Shown piece by piece: positions 40,475 to 50,847 of a DNA stretch of 64,000 bases. The position numbers and the translations under genes are program-made. The stretch's first letter is position 1, and every line of letters starts with the position of its first letter. The notes below the pieces were generated by a model, which saw nothing but the letters and a program-made list of their open reading frames with translations, was not told the origin of the DNA and searched no databases. Origin of the DNA: an uncultured candidate division Zixibacteria bacterium (GTDB lineage: Bacteria; Zixibacteria; MSB-5A5; GN15; PGXB01); assembly GCA_963702205.1 (NCBI GenBank), contig OY969724.1:3680001-3744000 (forward strand). Reading direction: 5' to 3'.

Positions 40475-40971
40475 CCGGTCGCCGACCCGGTGTCGGATTC
40501 CTGCTCCATCGGTTCCTGGGTCATGGCCGGAGTAATCTTGAACGTCTTGCTCTCCAGCAGATTTCCGTTCGCGTCGAAAATCTTGACTTCCCAGTCCCCG
40601 ACCCATCCGGGCATGATGTTTTTGCTCGACCAGGTTCGCCACGATGAGCTTCGCACGGGAAGATCGACCGAACCCATTTCGTCACCGTTGAAATAGTACA
40701 CATGCCGCACGAACGTCGTGTCGGTCGCGCCGGTTACTTTACACCACGTAAACACTTTGCCGACGTCCGCGCCGAAGCTGTCGGCCATCCCGGTCGGCAT
40801 ACGGTCGGTGACACCGGAGCCAAGTTCCAATTCGACCTGAACGTCGGCGGCTTTCATAGCGGGCGCGGCCGCTTTGGACGTGTCGGCCATTTGCGTAGCG
40901 GGCGTTTCCTGCGCGGAAACCGCGGCGGCTGCCAGAAGCAGCGCCACTGCCAGAATCAGAAGCTTCTTCAT
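40468..40971 (-). CDS. Secreted DUF2914-like protein
   Basis: Signal peptide; HVYY...SSSWRTWSSKNI...GDWEVKI. Confidence 0.8.
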   Translation of the reverse strand: MKKLLILAVALLLAAAAVSAQETPATQMADTSKAAAPAMKAADVQVELELGSGVTDRMPTGMADSFGADVGKVFTWCKVTGATDTTFVRHVYYFNGDEMGSVDLPVRSSSWRTWSSKNIMPGWVGDWEVKIFDANGNLLESKTFKITPAMTQEPMEQESDTGSATGQ

Positions 40972-41052
40972 ATTTATTCCTCCTCAAGTGATTTTCGTGA
41001 TTAAACAGGCGTGCTGTATCAAAAATAAACGTCTAACAGCCCAAAAAGACAA

Positions 41053-42228
41053 CTAAAATTTATCAAATCCTTTTATCAAGCGGTCAATGTCTTTCTCGTT
41101 ATTAAAAAGATGCACCGAAACCCTGATCGCCCCCTCGCGAAACGACGTGAATATCTTCGCCTTATTCAGTTTCAGATACAAATCGTGCGCATTATTACAG
41201 GTAAAAGACAAAATCGACGAGCGATGCCTCTTCTCAAGATTCGACACTATCCGGAATCTTTCATCGACTTTCAAGTACGAAATTAACTTATCAAGCAGAA
41301 AATGATTGTGCTTTTGAATATTACCGATACCGAGCTCGGTTAATATTTCCAGCGCCTTCGATAGTGCGAACACGTGACCGTAGGGGTACGTCCCCAGTTC
41401 GAACCGCCTCGCACTGGCGAAAAATGGAAGATCGTAGTGAAACAGATTGGTAAAATCAAGCTTCCAGTCGACCCCCAGCCAGCTTCCGAACGGCTGGCGC
41501 AGCTGTTCCTGCAAATCTTTCTTTACATAAAACAAAGCCGTCCCCAACGGCGATAGCATCCATTTCTGCGCCCCGGACGACAATATATCTATCCCGCACT
41601 TTTTGACGTCAATCGGCTCCACCCCGCAGCCCTGAATGCCATCGACGACAAAATATATCCCCCGTTCTTTGCAGATCGCACCGATCTTCACCAGATCATT
41701 TTTAAAACCGTTGAAAAACTGCACGTACGAAAGGGACAGCACTTTGGTTTTCGCGGTAATGCCTCTTTGCAATTTATTGATATCGAAAAAGCGGTCGGTC
41801 GTCTCGATTAATTTCACCCGCACGCCCTTCTGTCTGAGCACCAGCCAGGGATAGACATTGGCCGGGAATTCCACGTCCGACAGAAGAACCTCGTCGCCTT
41901 TAACAAGCGGCAAACCCTGGGCGGCGATATTCAAACCGAAGCCGGTATTGAATCCGAATCCGACCTCATCGTGCCGCGCCCCGAGCATTTTGGCTCCGAG
42001 TGTGCGGATATTATCGAGATGCCGAAAGGCGATGCGGTCGATATCCGGTCGGCTCAGAGAACCATCGCTGTACTGCGACATTTCATAATAGTCTTCCAGC
42101 GCCTCTTTTACCGGACGGCATAGCGGGCCGGTCGACGCGGAGTTGAAATACGCGATGCCCCTTTTCGTTTCGGCCAGCGGGAACTGTTCGCGGATTTTAT
42201 CGAATTTCGAGGAAATATCTTTATTCAT
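41053..42228 (-). CDS. Class V PLP aminotransferase / cysteine desulfurase-like enzyme
   Basis: YFNSASTGP, EFPANVYPW, VVDGIQ, GAQKWMLSP, RFELGT, IRVSVHLFN. Confidence 0.88.
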   Translation of the reverse strand: MNKDISSKFDKIREQFPLAETKRGIAYFNSASTGPLCRPVKEALEDYYEMSQYSDGSLSRPDIDRIAFRHLDNIRTLGAKMLGARHDEVGFGFNTGFGLNIAAQGLPLVKGDEVLLSDVEFPANVYPWLVLRQKGVRVKLIETTDRFFDINKLQRGITAKTKVLSLSYVQFFNGFKNDLVKIGAICKERGIYFVVDGIQGCGVEPIDVKKCGIDILSSGAQKWMLSPLGTALFYVKKDLQEQLRQPFGSWLGVDWKLDFTNLFHYDLPFFASARRFELGTYPYGHVFALSKALEILTELGIGNIQKHNHFLLDKLISYLKVDERFRIVSNLEKRHRSSILSFTCNNAHDLYLKLNKAKIFTSFREGAIRVSVHLFNNEKDIDRLIKGFDKF

Positions 42229-42249
42229 GGCGGGACCTTCAGGATGATG

Positions 42250-42672
42250 TTACAAAATATATAAATACCCGATGATGGCCATGCCCCCGATAAGTTTAAT
42301 CAGCAAACCCAGCATCAGGTACAACATATACAAAGCCGGAATCTTGATTCGGAACATAGTGAGAATGGCCAGAGGGATCATGCCGAAAACGTACACGTAC
42401 AGCCCGACCGATATTCCGCCTCTCATGCCATAAAACGGTATTACCGAATAAAACCAGCCGTACACCACGGCCGGGACGAACACGAAAAATATGAACTCGA
42501 TCACGAAACACGAAATAAACCAGGAGACGCCGCGGCTTTCGATATGGCTTTCCGGAAAACCTTTCAGCGCCGGAATTATATTTTCCAGCTTGTACCAAAC
42601 AAAATCGACCAAAAGCAGGTACACCGCTCCGGCTATCAGACAGGCGGTCAACAGCGAGAAACTGATCATCAT
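42250..42672 (-). CDS. Hypothetical 4-TM membrane protein
   Basis: Own RBS GGAGG and ATG overlapping the expected stop of the upstream epimerase. Confidence 0.65.
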   Translation of the reverse strand: MMISFSLLTACLIAGAVYLLLVDFVWYKLENIIPALKGFPESHIESRGVSWFISCFVIEFIFFVFVPAVVYGWFYSVIPFYGMRGGISVGLYVYVFGMIPLAILTMFRIKIPALYMLYLMLGLLIKLIGGMAIIGYLYIL

Positions 42673-43662
42673 AACCACGCCTCCATGCGGTACCAGGTAC
42701 AGCGTTTCGCGAGCACCATCGGTAAAATTGATACTGGCTTTAAACCCCAGCTCCTGTTCGGCCCGTTCGGAACTGATCTCCCATGCCGCCAGAATTTCCC
42801 GGGCCTTCTCCATCGTAAACATCGGCGTCTTTCCGAATAGCCGCATTATCGACTCGGACAATCCGGCGATCAGCTTCACGGCAAAACCCGGAACGTAAAT
42901 CGGCAGACCGAACCGTCCCGACGCTTTCGCCAGTATTTTTATCATCTCACGAAACGAATAACTTCGGTCTTCCGCAATAAAATAAATCGAACCGGATTTC
43001 GTTTTGGCTTTAACGGCGCACACGACCGACCGCGCGAGGTCATCCACGTGGATCAATCTCAAACGCCTGTTGAGCTTTCCGATATATGGCCGGATTCGAC
43101 AGTCGACAATCTGGAAAAATGTCAGCATTTCTTTGTCGCCGGGCCCATAAACCCCCGAAGGCCGGACTATGACCGAGTTAACTTTGTCGACGGCGTTGAG
43201 AACCGCCTGCTCACCGGCCAGCTTGGAGCGGCCGTACTCGGTCAAGGGGTGCACTTCATCGGATTCGGTCAATATCCTCCCCGGATATGATGGCCCCGCC
43301 GCCGCTCCCGAAGAAATATATACCAGCTTTTTCAACCCTGGAATCCGGGCGGCCGCGGCCGTTATATTGGCCGTCCCTTGTTCATTGACTGTGTAAAAAT
43401 ATTTCGGGTTACGGGCCTTCACCAGACCGGCGTTGTGGATAATATAATCAACCCCCGACACCATCTCCGGCAGCGAATCCGTTAATGTCACGTCACCGAA
43501 CCTATATTCGAGATCGAGATCCTCGATCAGGGCGACGTCGCAACCCTCCCGAACTCCCGCGATGACATGATATCCAGCATCCAGAAAAGCCCGGCATATA
43601 TGGCTTCCGACAAAACCGTTGGCCCCGGTTATCAATATTTTCTCTTTGATTTGGTCCGCCAC
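42669..43662 (-). CDS. NAD-dependent epimerase/dehydratase (extended SDR), frameshifted near 42696
   Basis: ITGANGFVGSH, YGRSKLAGE, RPSGVYGPGD; removing one base restores a typical ETLYWYRMEAWL* end. Confidence 0.85.
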
Positions 43663-43792
43663 GATAGTAATGTAACCGCCCGACAATATAAAGACAAGCC
43701 CAACCGGTCGCAAAATCACCGAAAACAAAGAAATTTCTATATGGCGCGATTATTACCGATTTGTAATACTGTCTGAAGAAACCGGAATTCTT

Positions 43793-45872
43793 ATGGTCAG
43801 ACGATCAGCAACATACTGGGTGTCGTTCATAATATTACTGCTGCTGGCGTTACTGCATGTTTTTCACCTGTTGTCGCCGGACTCTCAGTTCTGGGGCGTC
43901 ATATATCTCGGGTTCCTGTCCCGATGGTATACTTTCGCGTTTATCATGATATCGCTGGTCGGCCTGATTATATCGGCCTTCAATGCCGAACCGGATTCCG
44001 GCCGCTCGGCTTTGTTGACATTTTCAAAAGAGCTTTTCGAATCTCCCCGCGCCCTGTACTGGCAATTCGCCACAGTTACATTGTCCGTCGCGGCTTTTCT
44101 AATTTTCAGTATGCCGACTCATTTTTTGGGCGACGGGTACAGCCTGCTGTATATCATCGGCAATCCGCATTTATCCCTTGTAAAGTGGAGCGAACAGGGT
44201 ATCTTCCATACCGTCAGGTTTCTTCAGAATATATCGGGCGGCCAGAGTCGCCACGCCGCGCTCGTGGCGTTTCGAATCGTCTCGGTGGCCTCCGGCGCGA
44301 CAGCGATCTGGTTTTTTTTCAGGATTGCCGACAGTCTGTCCGATAGGCCTTTCAAGAAACTGTGGATTCTCCTGAATCTGGTTTTTTCAGGTTCGATATT
44401 GATGTTTTTCGGCTATGTCGAAAGCTATCCGCCCCTGTGGGCGACCGCGTCCGGCTTTACTTATTTCGCAATATTGTACCTTAAATCCGGCCGCGCCCTG
44501 ATGAAATGCCTGTTGTTCATCCTGTTAGGTTTGTTTTTCCATCTGCAGACGGTAACTTTATTTGCCGGCCGTCGTTTTCCTGTTTCTGAATAAAAGCCCG
44601 CTGAGAAAAATATATGATAAGAACAAACCCGCGGTATGGCTGATTCTTGGCGCTTTTTCGATCGCCGCTATAGTCGCATTCGTTTATTTGTACCGGACCA
44701 ATCTCTATTTTGAAAATATGTTCCTTCCACTTTTTAACGGCAAACCGAGCAGCCCCGAATATACAATTATATGTTTCCCGCACATTGTCGATGTAATCAG
44801 CGAACTTCTGCTTTTATCACCTCTGTTGCCGCTTTTGCTCTATGCGTCCCGGCCGCTGCGCCCGGCCCTCAGGGGACGGCCGCCGGCCGCGTTTTTGTTG
44901 GTTATGTCCGCCGCCTCATTAATATTTCTTCTCATAATCGATCCCAAACTTTCCATGCCCCGCGACTGGGACCTCTTCGCATTGACCGCCTTCCCGCTGG
45001 TTCTATTCCTGATTTACAACACCTCAGATGAAAAACTCGCCGATATCAGGAGGCTGTTCCCCATCGCCATGATACTGCTTGTCTTCTCGACGGCGACCTA
45101 TCTCATCGTCAATCTCAAGACCGATACATCGGTGGCCTATACGAAATATTACATAGACCATGACCCGCCCAAATCCCTCGGAAGTCTGCGGCTTCTCATG
45201 ATCGAGTACTATGATCCCCGGGGCGAAACCAAAAAGATCGATACGACCCTGAAGCTAATTGAACAGTGGTTCCCCCAGGATAAATTATATGAAGACGCGA
45301 GAATCGCCATCGACGCCGGGGATATTGACACTGCCCGCCGGATTTTTCGGCAAATCAAACCGGACCGGTTTTCGGTCAGATACCATAATCTGAAAGGTCA
45401 ATTGTACCTGTTCGATAAACGGTACGATTCCGCGCTTTACGAAATAAGACAATCGTTGAGCCTGGGCAAATATTACGGGCGTACTTATCTCATAGCCGGT
45501 CTGATACAAATGCGACTCGATCAAGACAACCAGGCCCTGCAGACCTTCCGCACAGGTTACGAGCTCGAACCGAAAAACGATTATATTCTCGAAGAAATGG
45601 GCGTGCTGTTCTTCCAGCGGCAGGAACTGGATTCGGCTCTCTTCTATTTTAAAAAATCCGTCCTCGCCAACCCGAATAATATACGGGCGTACTATTTTCT
45701 CGGGGAGTTGTACGAAAATTTCAACGACATACCCAATTTGATTATATGTACGGACTATTACAGGAAGTACGGTTCTTATGATCCGCAGTATAAATCGCGT
45801 CTGGCAAGACTCGAGATGTACATTGAAAACGCCCCGGATTCCTTAATACCGGCTAAAATACGTCAGCCGTAA
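43793..45872 (+). CDS. Polytopic membrane protein (GT-C-like) with C-terminal TPRs, frameshifted near 44561
   Basis: HFLGDG, FFGYVESY, RDWDLF motifs; the two ORFs join at HLQTVTL/LPAVVFL. Confidence 0.7.
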
Positions 45873-47298
45873 AGCGGTAAATTTCGGCCCGTTTGTCCTT
45901 ATAGCTGCTTTTGGGCAGCCCGGCCTTGAGACAGGTTTGCTCCAGAAATGTCGTATTATCCCACCCGTACTCCGTCGCTACCTGTGGCAGCAGCAGCCCG
46001 GAATGCATATCCAGACGAATCAATAAGCCGTCGCGGCCGACTTTTATTTCATCGAGGTTGTCGACTTTAATAAGCGGCGACAGCGCCGAAATCTCGACTT
46101 CAATGTCATAGTACTCATCATCGGTAAGGTGCATGAACCTGGGGTCCTCAAAAACCGCGGCCTGCGCCATCTCCGCCACGGTTTGATAAAGCGGCTGGGC
46201 CGCCCGAATCTGTCCGATGCACCCTCGCAGGTTGCCGTTGATCTTGATCGTCACGAACACCCCGCGATTCTCTTTGAGTATCCGCGACGGCGGCTCCTCG
46301 TCGCGAACCTTCTCGCCCTTGAGACCCATCGCTATCGACCGCCTGGCCAGGTCGAGCAGGTACTGCTTGTCTTCTTCGGTGAGGCCGTCGTTATGTTTTT
46401 TTGGCAATGCGCCTATCGTACGATCGGCTTTCCTGGCCTTTTTCGTCGAGACGATCACCGCCGACAAATAGCCTACGACCTCTTCGAAGTCACCGGAGGC
46501 CTCCGCCGACGTCGTATAGTTGGTGACGACTATTTCCTCACCTCCGAGGCGTTTGGTGGCGATCATCGCCGCGATCACCGGGCCACCGCCGCAGGCTTCA
46601 CCCTTGCCGGAACTGATCGCCCCGTGCAGCTGTCCCGGATTATAACTTTCGATTGCCTTTTGTATCTGGCTGTCGAGAACCCGCGCATCTTTTTCGGGAT
46701 AGAAATGAGAAAGATCGGTCGAAGCCACGATCAGAGCGTTCTTGCCCTTAAGCGCCGACGCCAGCGTTTCCCCGAGAGCCTGCGACGTCGACAATTCCTG
46801 ATCGCCCATGACAATCGCGACCAGCCTGAATTTGCCGAGAACCAGTTGCAGAAACGGAAGATGCACTTCCAGCGCGTGTTCGCCGCGCACCGAACCGCCG
46901 GTATGGCCTTTATTCGAGAGAAAAATCGACGGGTTAATCTGGGCGATGCGATTAGAGAGGGGTAGATCTATCGGTACCACTCCGATCGGGGTTTGGTACG
47001 CCCCGCCGTCGTACACCGACGCCCCCTGGAAAAAAACCGTGTGCGATGGCGAAATCACCACGACCGTATTGTATTCCATCCCTTCGAGCTGTTTGTAGGC
47101 CATCGCCGCCGTGCGACCGGAATACGTATATCCCGCATGCGGCGCGATGATACCTATCGGCCGTCCCGGTAAGACCTTTTTCTCGACCGATGAGTACATC
47201 TCGGCCAATGCCTTGGACAATTCAACCGGGTCGGAAGGATAAAACGACCCCGCCACGGCCGGTCGACGAACTTCTGTATTTCTGTTTGCCGATTTCAT
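45853..47298 (-). CDS. AmmeMemoRadiSam protein B (Memo) fused to protein A (AMMECR1)
   Basis: RRPAVAGSFYP, APHAGYTYSG, EHALEVHLPFLQ, ASTDLSHF; GVFVTI...LRGCIG, EDPRF, GLLLPQVA, CLKAGL. Confidence 0.92.
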   Translation of the reverse strand: MKSANRNTEVRRPAVAGSFYPSDPVELSKALAEMYSSVEKKVLPGRPIGIIAPHAGYTYSGRTAAMAYKQLEGMEYNTVVVISPSHTVFFQGASVYDGGAYQTPIGVVPIDLPLSNRIAQINPSIFLSNKGHTGGSVRGEHALEVHLPFLQLVLGKFRLVAIVMGDQELSTSQALGETLASALKGKNALIVASTDLSHFYPEKDARVLDSQIQKAIESYNPGQLHGAISSGKGEACGGGPVIAAMIATKRLGGEEIVVTNYTTSAEASGDFEEVVGYLSAVIVSTKKARKADRTIGALPKKHNDGLTEEDKQYLLDLARRSIAMGLKGEKVRDEEPPSRILKENRGVFVTIKINGNLRGCIGQIRAAQPLYQTVAEMAQAAVFEDPRFMHLTDDEYYDIEVEISALSPLIKVDNLDEIKVGRDGLLIRLDMHSGLLLPQVATEYGWDNTTFLEQTCLKAGLPKSSYKDKRAEIYRFTADVF

Positions 47299-47358
47299 AC
47301 AATAAAACCCGCGTCAATCTAACCAATTGCTTCGGCCAAGTCAAACACCATTGTCATT

Positions 47359-47383
47359 AAAAACGGAGGCCGAAGCCTCCGTC
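47359..47383 (-). terminator. Intrinsic terminator after the SPFH gene
   Basis: ACGGAGGC/GCCTCCGT stem with U-tract on the minus strand. Confidence 0.7.
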
Positions 47384-47417
47384 TCGATTAAAATCACCCG
47401 AAATGATCGATTTTTAC

Positions 47418-48362
47418 TCAAGATTTCTTCGCCGCCTCTTGCATCGGTTTCTTTTCCGGTCCACCGTTTTTAATTCCTTCAACCATCGCCGACAACGCTC
47501 CGATTATCCCGCTTGCTTCGTACGGCAGGAAAATTTTGTTGGCCGAACCCTTGGCCAGTTCCGGCAGCATTTCCAGATATTTCAGCGTGATCAGCTCTTC
47601 ATCCGGTTTGCCTTCGTGGATGGCCCCGAAGACATTCGTAATCGCCTGCGACTGACCCTCGGCCACCGCAATCTGGCGGTACTTTTCGGCGTCGGCCGTC
47701 TTGCGCACCGCTTCGGCCCGGCCCTCGGCTTCCAGAATCGCCGATTGACGAGCCCCTTCGGCCACCGTGATCGCCGCCTGCTTCTGGCCCTCGGCGTTGA
47801 GGATGGCGGCGCGTTTGTCACGCTCGGCCTTCATCTGGCGGCTCATCGCCTCGGTGATATCGACCGGCGGATCAATCCGCTGTATTTCCACCCGGTTGAC
47901 TTTCACCCCCCACTTGTCGGTGGCGGTATCGAGCACGTCGCGCAGTTGATTGTTGATCACGTCGCGCGACGACAGCGACTGATCCAGTTCCATTTCGCCG
48001 ATGACGTTACGCAGGTTCGTCTGCGCCAGCTTGGTCGACGCCATGGTATAGTTGGCGATCTCATACTTGGCCCGAACCGGGTCGGTCACCTGGCAATAGA
48101 CGATACAGTCCACCTCGACGTTGACATTGTCTTTGGTGATGACGTACTGCGGCGGCACGTCGAGCACAATCTCACGCATGTCGACCTTAAGCACCGTGTC
48201 GAAGAACGGCAGGATCAGGTTCAGTCCCGACGGCAGCGTCCGCTGGTATTTGCCGAGACGTTCCACCAGGCCTTTTTCGTACGGCCGGATAATCCGTATC
48301 GACATGCCTCCCAGCACGAAGGCCAGGAAGACGATCACTATGACAAATACATAGGCTTCCAT
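47418..48362 (-). CDS. SPFH/stomatin-like protein
   Basis: [45 protein letters not shown]. Confidence 0.93.
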   Translation of the reverse strand: MEAYVFVIVIVFLAFVLGGMSIRIIRPYEKGLVERLGKYQRTLPSGLNLILPFFDTVLKVDMREIVLDVPPQYVITKDNVNVEVDCIVYCQVTDPVRAKYEIANYTMASTKLAQTNLRNVIGEMELDQSLSSRDVINNQLRDVLDTATDKWGVKVNRVEIQRIDPPVDITEAMSRQMKAERDKRAAILNAEGQKQAAITVAEGARQSAILEAEGRAEAVRKTADAEKYRQIAVAEGQSQAITNVFGAIHEGKPDEELITLKYLEMLPELAKGSANKIFLPYEASGIIGALSAMVEGIKNGGPEKKPMQEAAKKS

Positions 48363-48402
48363 TTTTATCATCCTTTCCCGACGACCCTTGTCGTCGTACG
48401 TA

Positions 48403-48837
48403 CTATTCTTCCACTTTCTCCACGGTCAACCGTGCACCGGTGATGTTGATCACCTTGATTTTCGCGCCTTCTTCGATCTTCGACGCCGCCTGCGCCTGCC
48501 ACACCTGTCCGTCGACCCGCACCTGGCCTTTGTCGAGATCGGGATCGATGGTTTTGACCACCAGCCCGGTACGGTCCACCATGGCGTCGGCGTTGATTTT
48601 CTGCGGCGGCTCGATCGTGATCTTTCGCGCCAGCGGTCGGGTCAGAGGAATCAGAACTATCGAGATGACCGCGAACACGGCGATCTGCCAGATGTACGCC
48701 TCGGGGTACAAATAGGCCGTGACCGCTGCCGCGGCCGCCCCGACCACGAAACAGGCGTACACCAGCGTCGGTGTCGCGATTTCGACAATTACAAATATCG
48801 CGGCGGCCGCGAGCCATATCCAGAACAACGTCGGCAT
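48403..48837 (-). CDS. NfeD family protein
   Basis: Two to three TMs plus OB-fold [12 protein letters not shown]; upstream of SPFH. Confidence 0.9.
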   Translation of the reverse strand: MPTLFWIWLAAAAIFVIVEIATPTLVYACFVVGAAAAAVTAYLYPEAYIWQIAVFAVISIVLIPLTRPLARKITIEPPQKINADAMVDRTGLVVKTIDPDLDKGQVRVDGQVWQAQAASKIEEGAKIKVINITGARLTVEKVEE

Positions 48838-48981
48838 TCTATTCTCCTTTCGCCTTTATCATCACAAATATCATCCGGGTGCCCCGCCGCTCTGCGGTGG
48901 GTTTTTTGTTCGTTGTGCCCCGTCGGTCCTCAGACCGACCGGGTCTTAAATCTCATCCTGGTGCCCGGTCCTCGGATCAAT

Positions 48982-49147
48982 GTCATTCCCGCGTAGGCGA
49001 GAATCCAATCTGGTCGGGTTCCGATCCCGATGTAATCGGAAGAGAAACCCGACATCTTTTTGTCGGCTTTCTACGTCCCGATTTTCGGGACTCCGGAAGC
49101 CGACCTACTTCACTTTTCTTGTGACCGGCAGACGCCCTCGTTTGCCG
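48982..49147. repeat. Composite repeat: GTCATTCCCGCG palindrome, REPIN (49011-49108) and GGCAGACGCCCTCG hairpin
   Basis: Each module has a copy elsewhere in the window (3429, 572/2787, 751). Confidence 0.8.
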
Positions 49148-49311
49148 TATTATCTGTATTTATCCTATATACCTTCCCCCAAAATCCCCTATTCAAAAAA
49201 TCGGATTCATCAACACGAAAACCGTTTAAGTGGTTGATTGTCAAGAAGAAAGTGGGGCAGATGTGTGGATTATCGTCTTGACGTTACATTTGTGCGAGGC
49301 TATTTTGTAGT

Positions 49312-50076
49312 ATGGATTTCAAAGATTTCGTATTTAAACCCCTTTTATCTTATATCACCTTAATTCTTTTTTATGTGCCGCGTTTATTATTCAATCAAAA
49401 GCTTACGCAGTGGATAAATCAGATTTTGCCCACCACTCCCAAATGGAGCCTTGACTTGATATTAGTACTCATTTTAATAATTTCAATCCTACTTGACTTA
49501 ATCCGATATTGGTATCCAATGACTAGAAAGAGACTGATCTTATCATACAGAAACGATACGAATTGCAGAAAAGTAACAACCCGGCGAGAATATAAATCAG
49601 ATTTCAAATCGTGCGATAACCGATACACTACTTGGCAGAGCGAAACGTTAATATCATACCATAATGAAAGAAATACAGTTTATTTTAGAATCGTGGTGTC
49701 AACCAATTATTCGGAAGGAGTGACTAATTGTAAAGGAAGGATTAGCAAAGTCTTTAATGACAATGGCGTGCAACTAAATTCTACCTCAATAGAAATCCCA
49801 TTTGCACCTGGCGAAAGTGTTGACGCATTTAATAAAAGGATCATTGAAGGACTACCTGAGTATTTGGACATTTTGTACATTACAGACGAAAATGTAATTC
49901 GATCTCCTATAAAAAAAGAAACATATTTTGAGGAAATAGGTCAGCTTATAAATGCAAAAGGCATTTACTATCTACAAATTATTGTGGATGGGCACAAAAT
50001 TAGGCCGAGTCATATAGTTTTAAAATTCGATTGGACGGGAGATTGGGAAACGGCAGGAATCTCAATTTATAATTGA
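49312..50076 (+). CDS. Hypothetical AT-rich protein with N-terminal TM segments
   Basis: Long AT-rich ORF; TTGACG-17-TATTTT ends 5 nt before the ATG. Confidence 0.65.
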   Translation: MDFKDFVFKPLLSYITLILFYVPRLLFNQKLTQWINQILPTTPKWSLDLILVLILIISILLDLIRYWYPMTRKRLILSYRNDTNCRKVTTRREYKSDFKSCDNRYTTWQSETLISYHNERNTVYFRIVVSTNYSEGVTNCKGRISKVFNDNGVQLNSTSIEIPFAPGESVDAFNKRIIEGLPEYLDILYITDENVIRSPIKKETYFEEIGQLINAKGIYYLQIIVDGHKIRPSHIVLKFDWTGDWETAGISIYN

Positions 50077-50130
50077 TAATTATTTGTTGCCTTTCATTGC
50101 CGACGAATTTCTATAATTAAATAAGAATAT

Positions 50131-50163
50131 AAAAAACGGCGCCCTTTTCAGAGCGCCGTTTTA
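50131..50163. terminator. Bidirectional intrinsic terminator
   Basis: AAAACGGCGC/GCGCCGTTTT between convergent genes. Confidence 0.7.
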
Positions 50164-50232
50164 TACTTACCCGGTTTCTAAAACAAATCAATTGTCCGTC
50201 GAAAATCCGGATCGTGTCGTTCTATCGCAGTC

Positions 50233-50478
50233 TTAGTTACGCGGACGAGCCTCGTTGACATTAAGATTGCGGCCGTCGAGTTCGTGGTTGGACAGCTCAC
50301 TGATAGCTTTCTGCCCTTCCTCGTTCGAGGCCATCTCGACAAAACCGAAACCGCGCGAGCGGCCGGTCATTTTGTCAGAGACGATGTTGACACTGACAAC
50401 CTCGCCGTAGCTTTCAAAAAGCTGGCGGAGGTTTTCTTCTCTCGTGTCGTAAGAGAGATTTCCGACGTAGATATTCAT
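50233..50478 (-). CDS. RRM RNA-binding protein
   Basis: RNP2 IYVGNL, RNP1 RGFGFVEM, VNEARPR. Confidence 0.95.
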   Translation of the reverse strand: MNIYVGNLSYDTREENLRQLFESYGEVVSVNIVSDKMTGRSRGFGFVEMASNEEGQKAISELSNHELDGRNLNVNEARPRN

Positions 50479-50761
50479 CTTCTACTCCGAACTGGTTTAC
50501 CGAATCGTCCGGTAAACATTCAATCGCGCCTTATTGCGCCTTAGAACCGGATTAACTTTGCAAGGGAATCTATTTGGAATAAAGGACTCGTCCTGGCCAA
50601 CTTAATACGGATCAACAATTAACATATTTTAATATATCGGCTTCCTTTCGGATGTCAACACCTATTACGTATCGGGATAACGAATTAATTGAGGGAATTT
50701 TTTTGAAACGCCCGGATACCACACCGCTCTTTGGTTCGAATTATTATCAAAAATAATCTTC

Positions 50762-50815
50762 GTTGGTCAGGAGCCGTGCCGAAAGTCCCGAACGAAGTGA
50801 AGGGTGCTCCTGACA
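50762..50815 (+). repeat. Dispersed copy of the RAYT-flanking REP
   Basis: GTTGGTCAGGAGCCGTGCCGAAAGTCCCG...GCTCCTGACA; shares arms and part of the interior with 9967-10041. Confidence 0.8.
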
Positions 50816-50847
50816 TTTTCCCTGCAATTCACCGAATTACGATGACA

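Noticed and set aside
42250..43728. Novel epimerase-membrane protein fusion
   Set aside because: One extra base explains it; the epimerase has a normal WY..E.WL end in the other frame and the downstream gene has its own RBS and ATG
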